From NCBI GenBank assembly GCA_013265495.1, contig MU058824.1, positions 4,803,111 to 4,867,110 of the forward strand: a stretch of 64,000 nucleotides of DNA, read 5' to 3'. Position numbers and translations under genes: made by a program. The notes under the pieces were generated by a model. That model did not search any database and had not been told where the DNA came from. It saw only the letters and a program-made list of their open reading frames with translations. Positions 9,838 to 21,863 of the stretch are shown piece by piece. This stretch comes from Vicugna vicugna (lineage: Eukaryota). Position 1 is the stretch's first letter. Each line of letters opens with the position of its first letter.

Positions 9838-12800
9838 CTGTGGAAACAACAAATGGAGGTCAGAGAAACCCCACCCAAAGCCAAACCCAGCCCCCAAGTC
9901 CTTTTGTGTCCCAGGGCTCACCACGGAGGCTTAGAAGGCATGGTTGGAGAGATTGGCTCCTGTAGGTTCTCCTTGGACTCTGGCTCCCGGCGGGCACCCA
10001 CTGTTTGTGCCACTAGTTGGAACACGGACTTGTCCAGGCTCAGCCAGTCCGAGGGTAGCCTAGAGGACAGCAGCAGGGGCTCTGGCTCTGTCTGTGCCCT
10101 GACTTAGATCAGGTTCCCCCAATCCGCTCTCACACCATGGGTTGTCTCTCACCTGTTTGTAGGCCGGGCCTCCCGCTGAGCCTTTCGGGACCCAAAGAGG
10201 TGTCCCCACTTGATGCCCCCAGGTGAAGGCTCTGAGGCTCCTTCCTCATTTTCTGCTAGGGGAGCAGTGGAGCCCTCCCTCTCCCGACTGCGCCTCAGCT
10301 CAGCCAGTACGGAATCAGGGGGGCTCCCCATCCAGAAGGGCCAGCCCTTGTCCCGGCCAAGGGTCTCCTCAGGGGCAGGGCAGGCCTCAGCTCCCTCCAC
10401 GACTCCCTCTCGGGGGGGTGGCCCCCCACCTCCTGCTTTCTTTTTCTCACTGCTGCTGCCACTGCTGTTACTGCTGCCCCCACGAGGGAACCTAGAACCC
10501 TCAGTGGAGCCATCAATGTAGACCTGGGAGCTCTGCATGAGCTGGTACCACCAGCCAGCCTGCCCGCTGCGGGACCACCTGCCACGCCCTAAGCTCCCAG
10601 ATGCCTCTGTCTCCTCCTCTTCCTCCTCATCTTCTCCACCTTCTGGGGCACCCACACCCTTCACCCGCTCCCCATGGGCTGCCCTGTCCATGTCTCCAGG
10701 GCCCTCCTGGCCCCGGGACCGGGCCAGCTGCAGTGTTGAGTGGGCGGACAGCAGCAGGTCCTGGGACACCCGCAGCAGTTCCTTGTGCTGCCGCTGCTGC
10801 TGCCCACTTTGCAGCAGCCGGTGCTGGAACAGCAGGTCCAGGCTGAAGGGCAGGAGGGCCAGCGGCTGTAGCAGCAGCAGCAGCTCCTCAAATAGGCCAG
10901 GGCACACCGTATGCGCTGCATTCAAGAAACCCCAGGGCTGGTAGTGGGTCTGGATGATATCTAGGGGAGAAAGAGAGAGGGACTGAGCCACACAGAGCAG
11001 AGGCTGGCACAGGTCGGGAAGAGGGGACGCTCTGAAAGGCAACCTGGGCAGAGCCACTGCATACTGCTGCAAAGGCTGTGCCCTGTGACTCAGATGTAAA
11101 CAGTGCACGAACTCCACAACCCCAAGTGGCAGCCTCAAGTTCAGAGGTGTTGAGGTTCCTGGCCGCTCTGACTTCCAGACTGCCTGAGTATCCAGCTGGC
11201 TCTAAGGCTCTAACACAAGCAGAAGCTGGGCACGGACTTGGGTAAGAAGCCCAAGCTTTGAAGATGAAAGCTTGTGTGGTTCTCCTCCCTGCATTTAGCA
11301 TCTGAAAAGACAGCTGTGCCTCCCTCTTTTGATCCTCTGAGGTCTGGCCTATATTCAGTTTGCAAGACAGAGCAGGGTTCTAAGCATTACCTTCGTGGTT
11401 ATAGAGGTGATTAAACCAGAACTCCAAGGACCGGATGCTGTAGGGAGATAGGTGAAGAGACTTTAGTCTTGTGCAGATGTAGCCAGATGATAAGGTACAA
11501 AGGAGACAGACATGGGGGTCAGACATAGGGCAGGGGTATAAGGGAACACCTCCCTTCTACAGCAGGGATGCTAGCCAGTTAATTTCACGTAATACAGTTA
11601 TAGAAAGTCAGTGGAGATAGAGGGAAGGGGTGAACATGTGATTCACAAGCCAGTCACTTCCTCTTAGAATAGAATTGGCTTCACATGACCCAAGAAGTCA
11701 GGGCAGCTACTGAGTGAGAATACAGGGTTAGCTCAGGACCCAAGTGGGATGACCTCCACCTACACTTGAGAAAGAAGAATACTATGATGTGGGTCCTATG
11801 GTAGACTGGGTCAAGCAAGATTTGGAAGCAGTGCTGGAACTGAGAGGATCAGGGTTACAATATCCATAGAAACTGAGAACCAGATTAATTTCCAAATAAG
11901 CCAGATTATGACTTTGTAAAAGCAGAAGACCATGTTGGTGATCAGTGCTAGAGGGTCATGGGTCTGGTGGGAAACCAGTGACCTACTGAGAGAGGCTGGA
12001 GCGTGTGGGGAGACAGTGAGCCTGGGCCCTGGCCACAGATTCTGCAGATCTACCCTTTCTGACTCAGTCTAGGGAGTCGGTTCTTCAGAGGCAGCAGAGC
12101 CAGGGGAGAGGGCAGCTGGTTTGCAGATTTCCACACTCACTTGAGCAGGCCGAGGATGAAGGCGTTGAAGCGCATGGTATGACTGGTGAGCTCTGGGAAC
12201 TGGCTGACTTTATTGTACAGGCCATGCAAGACCTTGGTGGATGGGCCTGGGAGGAAGCCAGAGTTGGAGGTCACAAGCCCAATCTCTGGAACCTTAAAAA
12301 TTCAGCCTGGGGTACCCATTTTGCCACCCAGCACTTACCTAGCTGTGTGGAAGCCTCAACCACACTCCACGGCATGTTCTTACGTTGTCCAATGATGACG
12401 TCTAGCACAAAGGCCTTGAGCCCATCTTCCAGCACCGCCCGGACCGCAGGACACAAGTACTTCAGAACCAGGTGGCCAACGTTGGGGCTCACAGAACTAT
12501 TCCCCAGCTTTGCCTATGGATGTGGTAGGGAAGTACAGGGAATCATCTGGAGCCTGACCTTGGTCCTCTCTGACCCTCTTGGTCAGTCTTCATGGTGCTT
12601 CTCTTATGATCCCCATCCCTAAGTACCCAACTCTGAGTTCTACATGAAGTGGGGCAAGGGAAGGTGGTAGCACAGAACAGGCGAAAGTCAGCAGGGTAGA
12701 GCTCAGCTCGCCACAGTTTCTTGCTTACCTTCACCCCAGGATCCCGGCTTGTGCCAAAATGGGCCACAATGAGGTCTACAGCAGTGTTAACGGCTTTCAC

Positions 12801-15800
12801 CAGCCCTGCAAGAATTTTATGTCACAGGTCTTAACCAAGCCCCTGGGCAGCTCAGCTGGGACTGGGCCCTCAGTGGGGAAAGGGAAGGGCCTCCACATGC
12901 TCTTTCTCTCTCTCTGTCCCTGCACAGGCACCAGGCCTGGCCTCTTCCTGTTTCTTCCCAGTTCTCAAGCCCCTCCTGTTGTCACCTGCCTGCCTGGACC
13001 CACCTTAATGATTCCATCGTCACGACACTCAATGTCCTCACTTCCTTGCCCTCCTACCCCAAACCTGAATCAGTCTATCTGTCCTCTCCACTCTGAGAAA
13101 CCAGGCTATTTGTGGCTGCTGCAGAAAGTCCAGAGCCACTCACACCAGTGCCAGGCAAGGGTACTTCTCTGCTGGGTGCCTTGCAGCACCCTCTGCTATG
13201 CTCTCAGGTTGCCAGGCCAGCCTTTCATTCCTCTTCTCAAGCCCTTCACACAGAGAACAGAGGCCACTGGTCATGAATTCAACCTCCCTCTCCATCCAAA
13301 AGACAGAACAATATTACATCACTCCTCCATCCATCTTCCCTCTCTCACTCCCTTTCCATCTGGGAGGAAGGTGGGTATTTCCCTTCTTGCCCAACGTTCT
13401 TCCCTCTCCCTAAGCTCTGAGTCTCCCACTCTGCCTCCACAAGGGGCTTTAGCTTCATCTTTCTCCCTTTCACAGGCTCCTTCTCTTCGGCCCACAGTTA
13501 TGCTCAATCTTTCTCCACCATCTCACTGAAACAGCTCCACTAAGTAGACTGGTTCCTTGTCAGTCCTTAACTTGCTAGATGTTACCATCACGCTTACCCA
13601 AGCTGCTGGGCCCTGCAGTACCTGAGCTCCCCCAGTATAGCACATGAGCATTTATTTATGCCACGGCAGTCCCCCTCACTACACTGAGCTCCCTGACAGA
13701 AGAGACTGAAGCCTGATTCTTAAGCATCTGATAAATGACCATGCTCACTGGCACATACTCACGATCCACAGCACAGACTTTTGCCTCTTGCCCAAGTGCC
13801 TGTACTCTTTACTTCCTTCCCAGCACTTGGAGTTCTAGGTTCGGAAAATACCCTGAAGGGCTAGATGGTAAGACAACAGGCACAAATAGGTAGTGACAGC
13901 AGAATTCCTGGCCTGAGCTAGGGATAATATTCACCTTTTTTCTGAAGCAGGTCAATGGAAATGGCCTCTGAGTTGCCATCTGGGGACAGACAAAATTCAG
14001 CTGGAGGCTTCTCAGTCAAGGAAAAGGGGTCTTGGAAGTCAGGGCAGGTCAGTGGTAATGGCTTCACTATTTGACCTGAAAAGGAGAGAAAAATCAATCC
14101 TAAGCAACTAAGATTTGCAGCTTGGTTCTGTGCCTCATACCCTGTGAGACATGTTCTTTTGGGATTGACCCCTTCTCTAGCTCTTCCCGGCTGTGGCAGA
14201 GCCTGCCCTGGGTTTACTGGGGACCTGGCCCACACACCATTCAGCCGACAGTTCAGATGGCCAGCAGCACTGAGGGAGCCAGGGAACTCAAAGATGGGGT
14301 TCCTTCGGGCCAGCCGAGCTTCCTGTGGCCTTCGGTCTAGGCTCCCTGACAAACCAGGTGGCCCTAGAGGGTTCTTCCTTCTGTATTCCCGCCACTTGAG
14401 TGCTTGAGGAGATAGGTGGTTGGCTGAAAGCAGAACAGATTAGCAGAAGAGACAGGAAATAGTCAGCAGGAGACAGCACTTCATACCCCCACTGTGGGCC
14501 CATATAAAACATAAGAGTTGGGATGTTATCCACAGCTGCAAACATTTTAACCTCTGACCCCAAGCTGGAGTATAAGAAACCATTCTAACGTGCTTGGGGT
14601 GGGGCTGGGGGGCGGGCAGTGAACCTCATACCATTACTGGGCCTGGAAGCCATGCTGCCCTCACCACCTCCCCGGGCCAGGCTCTCTGCTCGGCTGAGGC
14701 TAGATCTCCAGGAGCCCAGAGGAGGCAAACTTCCTGTTCCATGGAGTCGATACTCAGCCAAGGTCAGTATCTTCTGATCCTCCTTCTGTGGCTGCTGGGA
14801 GGTGGCAGGCCGGACAGCAGGAGGACAGGAATGGCTCCATGGAGGTGGGCTTTCTGTGGCTGTGGCCTGCTCTGGGGGAGGGGAGCACGAAGTGGAGGCA
14901 GAAGAGTCGGTGCTGGGCCCAAAGGGGCCAGCACTCCGGATGGGGGAGTAGCTGCCCAGGGGCGACGGCCGTGAGGTTTCTGGCTCAGGCCCAGCTTTCT
15001 TGGCACCTCTGTTGGCGGGTGCCTGTGACTCCCCTGAAGGTACTGGGGCTGGGACTTGAGCAGTGGAGGCAGCCAGGGGAGCAGGCTGCTGTGCGCGGTT
15101 GCAGCCCGAGAGGCCGTAGAGCTGGGAAAGGCCGTGGAGAGCCCGGGCCTTGGCCAACTGTTTGGGGAAGTGGTGCTGGAACACGAAGGGCTGGATGGGC
15201 AGCGTGGTTGGCCTCTGCTCCTTGCTGTAGCGAAGGACTGGTCGGTTCTCAGCACCCCCTCCTGCGGCAACAGGGATGGAGAAGGAATCAGACAAACACT
15301 GAAACCAACATGAAAGGAAGCAAAGAAGCAGACAGGAGATGATGCTTACTGGGGAAAGAGGAAGACATGGGCAGGACCTGGGTGACAGGAATTGAATGGG
15401 ATGGGGTAATCCAAGTTTGTGGAATTGACACTGTCCCTCCTGTCTTTTGTAAAACTTTCCCCAGTGTTTTTATGATACTGAACTGTCTTGTATTTCTTGG
15501 CTGTTCAGCCCTTCTTCATTTTCCTGACTTAAAAGATGGGTGTATATTATGGCTCAATTCTTATGTTTAACTTTACACCTCCTTCCCTGCACTGGCCACG
15601 TTCAGACAGTCACACACAGATGACTCTTGAACCCATGGCTTTAGCCCCAACTTTCCTCTTGATCTCTGGATTATTTTGCTTTGGGTTCTGCTTTCATTTA
15701 AAATTTGCCATTTAAAAACACCTTATTCATTCTCCTGATGACTTCCATCTCTGTGAATGGCAGAATTACCATTTGCTTTATTTCTAAGGTTTAAAGACTT

Positions 15801-18800
15801 GGAGTCAGAGTCACATATTTTCAGGGTCAAGATGTTGATTTACCGATTTACTTCAAACTTTTGCCCATCATTCCGTCTCCACTCGAGCTGACACACTGCA
15901 TTCTTACCAAATCTAACCATAATAAAATTATTTCTTTACTTGCAGCCAGAATCAGCCTCCCTATCCACCCAACTCCCACTCTTTGATGACCCTGGTGTTG
16001 GAGCCCCAGAGTCCACATCTTCTCCCTCTACAAGAGGTGTGTTCCCCAAGACTGGCCCTCCCCTGTTCTTTCACCCAATCTTCTGGTCAGTGTTCCTCAA
16101 AACATGGGTCTCAGCACTAAACACAAAACTCTGCAACACTGCACAGAGGACGTCTTTGTGTATGGGTGGTGCTTCCAAATCAAACACTGCACACAGTGAA
16201 CATCTGGATGAACACAAGGTGGCGCTATAACCATCTATACCACCTAAAACCCTGGGTGTGGCTCACAGGCTCCTAGGGCTCATACAGGTCTGAGGCAGGA
16301 AGTAGTATCCTGACTTGAAAGACTTGGGTATTGGAAATTTAGAAATTAAGTCATTTGTCCAAGGTCACACAATTAGGAAGCAGCTGAGCTAGAATTCTGC
16401 CTAAGCCAGAGTCTGACTTTGGGGCTAATGTTCTCTTTACCACATTGCACTACACATGAAATGGTACCAGGCTGGATTTTCCTATTGCTCGTCTTTCCCC
16501 ATTTATTTACTTCAGTGAGTCTTAAGGGGATGGTGACCACAACCCCACGAGGGAGGTGTTTCAGAACCACTCTCAGGGGACATTTCCACACTATACCCTC
16601 CTGTCATTCCCAGTCAGTGCTTAGAGAACAACCTGTGTCATTCTCCCTTGCTCACTATGCTCCAGCCATACTTTCTTCTGTCCTTAAACATGACAAGTTC
16701 ATTGACATCTAGGGGCCTTTTGCACCCGCCTGTCCTTCTGCCTGAAATCGGCTCATCATTCAGGCATTAGTTCAAGCATCACCTCCTCATCAAGACCTTC
16801 TCTGACAATCTCAACCCTCTGGCAAGTCCTACTCTCATTACCCAGTTTTATTTCCTTTTTAGCCACTTTTCACTATCAGAAATTATCTTATTTATCTTCC
16901 ATTACTCCCCAAAAGGGGCCCAGAAAAGCAGAGATTTTTAAACTGTTCACTGCTATATCCCCAGTGCCTAGAACAGACTCTGGTGCATGGTAGGTACTGA
17001 ATAAAGATGTGTTAAATGAATGAATCTTCACTGTTACCCTTGGTTCAGTATAGTCTCACTTCATCCAAATCTTCTTAAATATACCAGCTTACTTTCCTTA
17101 AATACCAATTTTTAAACACTTTATTTTCTGTGGCTCTTTGGCCCACAAAATAAAGTCTAGTACTCTCAGGCAGGTAGGTGTCAACACCTACCGCAAATTA
17201 GCTGCTTTCCCCTCAAATGTCCACATTTGTCATCGTATTGACACCACTCTTTCCGCCCCATTCCTGACTTTAAGTACACGGGAATGTCTTTAATTTCTCC
17301 GCTTATTTAAATATCAAATTTCAAGACTGAGTTGATGCTGGCTATCAGAATAGGCCCTCCCAACCCCAGCTGTATTATTACCCCTATATATTATGTTTGA
17401 ATTAGACTATTTATTCCTACTCCTTAAAAAATCCTCCCTGTTAAGTATTCTCAGGATAGGTGTGAGGCAGAGGAGCAAGACTCGGGGTTGGGAGGGCTAT
17501 TAGGGAGTGGGTCTCAGTCCTACCCTCAGGGAATACCGAGAATAAGTTTTTTCATTTACTATGTGACAGCCCTTCAGAAAAATTGGAGATAGAGACCATA
17601 TTCACCCAAGTCTGTTCTTCTGTAGGTGACACAGCCTCAGTGCCTCAGTTTCTTAAGATGGAGTGCCCACAACTTCCAGGTGAGCACTAAGTAGATCAGA
17701 GGAATGAGGGGACTATCAACAACTCTCTTCTGAGTCCATAAATGAATCCAGTCATTTTAACTTTTTGGAAGTCCAAACTGCTGACTCATTCTGAGTTTGC
17801 AATCAATTAAGTATGCCGAATCAACTCAAGTACAGCTTACATATCAAAGTTCACATTGGTCCCTGAAAGAACAAAACGTTCTTTCCAGATTTGGTAAAAT
17901 CCTTTTGAATCTTGATTCTGCTGCTAAGGATCTCAAAGAGACATCAGCTTCTTTTCTCATTAATGAATTCATCAAATTGTCACTCATTTTTTTGATTTAA
18001 AAAACAGTCATACAGAATCAAGAGAAGAGCCCTGTGGTAGGTCACTGGAGACTTATGGAACAGAACACCATCTCGATGTGAAAAATCTTATCTGATAGCA
18101 AAACCACTTTGGCTTCTCCTCCCATCTCTGCCAGGATTGTCCTTGCCGTGAGTGCCAGCCATAGCATCCCCTGTTCCCACCAGACACTGCAGTCTCAGAA
18201 GACAGTGGGTTCCAAAGGACTCTGGCCAATCCCTGCTGTTTCTGACCCCCTTCTTCCCTAAAGACCCTCTTTGCATCCCTGCCCCAAGGGCCGCTCCTCT
18301 GTGTATGTTTAGGAGTATGAAGTCTTCTGTGGACTGTGATCTCCCTAACAGCAGAGATAATAATACCATTTATGTTTTTTTAACCCCCTTCCTTTGATAA
18401 GCCAAGAGACCCAACCTCAGGCTACAGCACAGCAAATTCCCCCTTACCTCCCTCTCCCCTGCTATATCTCCTCTTTCTTTCCAAACCCCTGAGATCTGGC
18501 TTCTGCCTTTGCCACTTCCAAATGCTGCTTTGGGGATTTTCAGCCTTGATTCTAGTGACTTCTGTTCAGAACTCATTTACTGAAACTCTTTTGGAAACTC
18601 TCCTTTTTTGGTTCCTGTGACTTCATTCTCTCCTGGTTTTTCTTTTCCCTCTATTTTTCTGGCTAATTCTTCTCAGTCTCCTTTGAGTGTTGCTCTGCTC
18701 ACCCTTAAATCACTGTCTCCCCAGGACTCTGCCCTTGCTCCCTTTATAACTCTACGCATTCTCCCTGGATGCTCTCATCTACTCACAGCTTCAGCCATCA

Positions 18801-21800
18801 CTTTTATTCCAAAGACTCTCTGATCATGGTGGTCTCCTGACCTCCAGAAAGACATCCTTTCTAATCCCACCTTCCACCCAAACAACCAGTGATCTAAAAT
18901 GCAAATCAAAACATGCCACTAAGCTGTTAAAAATTAAAAAATGCCACTTCACTGATTAGAATTCTTCAATGCTTCCATCCACATCCCATTATGGGTATAC
19001 TAAATTATTTGCAGTTTTGGGAAAGCATCAAGATATTCTGTGCCGAGTATTGTATGAGCCTAGAATGTTCTTACAATAAGTCTCCACAAAACTTACTCCT
19101 AATCATTTTTCTAGACTGTGCTTAAATGTAAACTGTGTTAGCACCCTTTCTCTGATATTCTGGTCTGTTGAGATATCCCTCTCATAGACCAGTACACTAT
19201 ACACTGCCATCTCTGCATTTTAACTATGTTTCCTTTCTGGTTTCCAACCTTAGTTGGAACTCCTTGAGGGCAGAGAGTATCCCTCTCATCTATCACCAGC
19301 ACCCACTTAACACAGACAGAGCCTTTATAAAATAATTACTTAAGCATAATAAACTAATAGGGAAAGAGCTGGTCTAGAAGGCTTAAAGGTCAAGTGTCAG
19401 GTCTCAGGTTCTCTGAAGAGTGACTACAATCACTGATGAAAGAATGAACTCACTGACACTCAGTGTGGTTTGCCTGTTGAATAATGTCCCTGAAACATCA
19501 CAAATTCCTAAATGTACAAAACTGAACTCACATCTTATTCCTTTTTCAGTAAATCTATTTCTGTGTCTGCAGTCCCTACCCATGTATCGTCATCTTTCCA
19601 GTCATCTAGGTTTAGAATCACAACTTTCTGAGTACTTACTTTTCCAATACATCAGTCTCTAAGTCGTGTTGATTTTACCTCTTCAGTGTATTTTTTATTC
19701 TCTATCCTTCTTCCCCCTATTACAACTGCAGGACGTGCTCTGCACTGGAAAGATGACTGACCTAGGCTGAGGAACCGCTAGTGGTATGGGTGGGGTAGCT
19801 GGCAAGGCCCTATCACTGAGGAGGCCACGCATACATCCTGGTATTCTCCAGCCTCTAGGTTCCTTACCGTCAGCTCTAGCTCTTGCATCCCTCTGGGTAT
19901 GGCTGTTGGCTGGGCTCCCTGGGAGAGCAGGCCCTGGATCCATCAGCGGGGCTGCGGGGCCCTGCCCAGCAGCTCTGAGGCCAGCAGGCGGCACCTCACT
20001 GGACTGGGGGCCCTGACAGACCTGGGTGGACCACGGCTCTGGGCCAAACTGGTCCATGCCTGGCCCCAAGGGCATGGGTGGTAGGCTATGGCTACAGCGA
20101 GTGCCCTCATCCAGTGGGCCCACCCTATCTTGCTGGGCTTCTTGGATGGGTGAGAACTCCTGGGAGGAGTCCCCAACGCTCACTCGAAGTGGGGGGGAGC
20201 CAGAGCCTGCAGCTTTCTTTCGGCCCTTGGCGAGTTCAGCAAAGGAGGTGACCCGCCTAGGTGGGGAGCTAGGCCCAGTCAGGGCTGCAGGGCCCTCACT
20301 CAGGCGCACCGGGCAACTCAACATGCGTTCCAGTGAGCCCAGGCGGACAGCAGGGCTGCGCTCCAGGCTGCGGTCATAGCTTCGAGAGCGCTGACGTCCA
20401 GTGCTAAGGTTGGGAGGTGAAGTGTTAGTGTACACTTGCCCCTCGATCACAGTGGGGCCCACGGGAGCTGCTGCTTCCATGGAAGAACCCACTTCTTGTT
20501 CCTCTGGCTGGACTTCTGGCTTCTGGAATAGGTAATACTCAGAGGGCTGGCTAGGACCCGGGTCTGGGCCAGGGCCTGGCACAGGACTTATTTTGGTGTG
20601 TTCCTCAGAGCAGCTTGTGATAGAAGAGCCAGCTGGGCTTGGGGATGATTGGGAGGATAGATCACAGGTGACAAGTTTATAGTAATTCTGTGTGGCCACA
20701 ACCAGACGGGCCTGGCTCTGGAAGCAGGCTGTGAGGTCAGCCACAGCTGGGCAGGGCTCACAGTGTGGGCGGTAGGAGTTGCAGTTGGCATCAAGCTCAG
20801 GAGATGAGGCATGAGGACAACCATAGCCACCTTCCCTTCCTCCACTGTCATGGTGGTGGGGCTCATAAGACATCTTAGACTCAGCTGGGGAGGGTTGCAG
20901 GTCCAGGTAGAAGGCGCCAGGGTCTGAGTGGCTGCAGAAGGAAGAGTCACTGCAAGATTGTGGGGCAGAGTTGAGATTGGCGCGGGAGTTGCCATGCATC
21001 TTGTTGTAGAGGGTGCTGAAGGTGACCAGCACACCATCTGAGCTGTTGCAGGAGGAGTCACTCACATAGCCCATGGACTGGTCAGCTGCCTCGGACTGAC
21101 TGGATGTGCTACTGCAGCGGCAGTGCTTGGGTCCTGAGCCTGAGCACCTGGGGTTCCTTGGGGATTCATCTGAACTGAGCTTCCATTCCTGGTCAAAGGA
21201 AAAGCCAGAGGTATCACTGGCTCCACCCCCACTGCCACCAGGTCCCCCACACTCATCCAACTCCATGGTCTCTGCTTCCAGCTCTGGCCGGCAGCAGTGG
21301 CTTGTGCTGCACGGCTGGGTATCCAAGGTGGTCACAGGCTCCTGTTCCTGCCCCTCCACCACTCCGGCCCGACTACGTGTTGCCCCCCATGGCCTGCCCA
21401 CTCTGGGGCCAGGTGGTGGCAACTGAAAAGAGGATAGATGGAAGGGGGCTTGGCCCGCCCCATGCAGGTGGAAGGACTGCTGGGTGGCACTATAACCAAT
21501 GCTGTCATCATATGGGTCACCAAGTCCTGGCTCAGCCACATCCTCCTGCAGCAAGAAGGGGTTGTGTCGTTTAGGGGCCCCGGGGCCTCTTCCATCCCGA
21601 CCCCTACTCTTGGTGCTGCCTGCAGGTCGCGCAGATCCCCCTGGAGCAGAGTGCAGACTGTTGTACAGCAGGGAGTCAGCTTGTCCTAGGTCTTGATCAG
21701 GCTGGGTGATGCCCAGCTCGGATGGGCAGAAGGGGTTGGGTCTCGTGCTCCCACCACCTCCACTTGCCCCTCCACAGCACTGCCTGTCTGGGACTTGACA

Positions 21801-21863
21801 GTGCACCAGGGGGATGTGGTGGACGATGAGGGTCTCTCCAGTCAGCTTTGGGGGACTATCCAT
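9636..21863 (-). CDS. RUSC2: RUN and SH3 domain-containing protein 2 (iporin), 11 coding exons, 4506 nt, 1501 aa
   Basis: [31 protein letters not shown]-terminus; RUN domain ([16 protein letters not shown]...LEFWFNHL); C-terminal SH3 ([24 protein letters not shown]...DWLRC...GLVPLAYV); all GT-AG junctions in phase, summed length divisible by 3. Confidence 0.97.
9922..10059 (-). CDS. RUSC2: RUSC2 exon 11
   Basis: ctAG|; [21 protein letters not shown]...; donor TG|GTGAGC. Confidence 0.92.
10153..10960 (-). CDS. RUSC2: RUSC2 exon 10
   Basis: ctAG|; [13 protein letters not shown]...ARPTN; donor AG|GTGAGA. Confidence 0.93.
11391..11437 (-). CDS. RUSC2: RUSC2 exon 9 (47 nt)
   Basis: tacAG|; [15 protein letters not shown]; donor AAG|GTAATG. 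Confidence 0.92.
12141..12246 (-). CDS. RUSC2: RUSC2 exon 8
   Basis: ccAG|; [34 protein letters not shown]; donor AA|GTGAGT. Confidence 0.92.
12339..12513 (-). CDS. RUSC2: RUSC2 exon 7
   Basis: atAG|; [24 protein letters not shown]...STQL; donor TAG|GTAAGT. Confidence 0.93.
12729..12805 (-). CDS. RUSC2: RUSC2 exon 6
   Basis: gcAG|; [25 protein letters not shown]; donor AAG|GTAAGC. Confidence 0.93.
13935..14075 (-). CDS. RUSC2: RUSC2 exon 5
   Basis: tcAG|; [17 protein letters not shown]...LLQKK; donor AAG|GTGAAT. Confidence 0.92.
14238..14423 (-). CDS. RUSC2: RUSC2 exon 4
   Basis: tcAG|; [18 protein letters not shown]...CRLN; donor ATG|GTGTGT. Confidence 0.9.
14632..15261 (-). CDS. RUSC2: RUSC2 exon 3
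   Basis: gcAG|; [31 protein letters not shown]...RPSN; donor ATG|GTATGA. Confidence 0.92.
17560..18080. mobile_element. Ancient CR1/L3-like LINE relic
   Basis: Motifs such as GGGGACTATCAAC..CTCT and CTGCTGACTCATTCTGAGTTTGCAATCAA resemble L3; highly diverged. Confidence 0.4.
19868..21863 (-). CDS. RUSC2: RUSC2 exon 2, coding part (exon starts at 21955 with 92 nt of 5'UTR)
   Basis: Acceptor tttccAG| at 21956/21955; ATG 21863 in strong context AGAATGG; donor ACG|GTAAGG. Confidence 0.95.

Noticed and set aside
9838..10152. Other 3n-length RUSC2 introns (84 and 93 nt) as retention candidates
   Set aside because: Both give an in-frame TGA immediately after the donor
12759..13529. 256-aa + strand ORF antisense to RUSC2 exon 6 and intron 5
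   Set aside because: Pro/Ser/Leu-rich product of CT-rich intron; no recognisable domain or exon structure
14764..21061. Alternative-frame ORFs inside RUSC2 exons (14764-15270, 20588-21061 and others)
   Set aside because: Expected by chance in GC-rich coding DNA; no independent start or splice support
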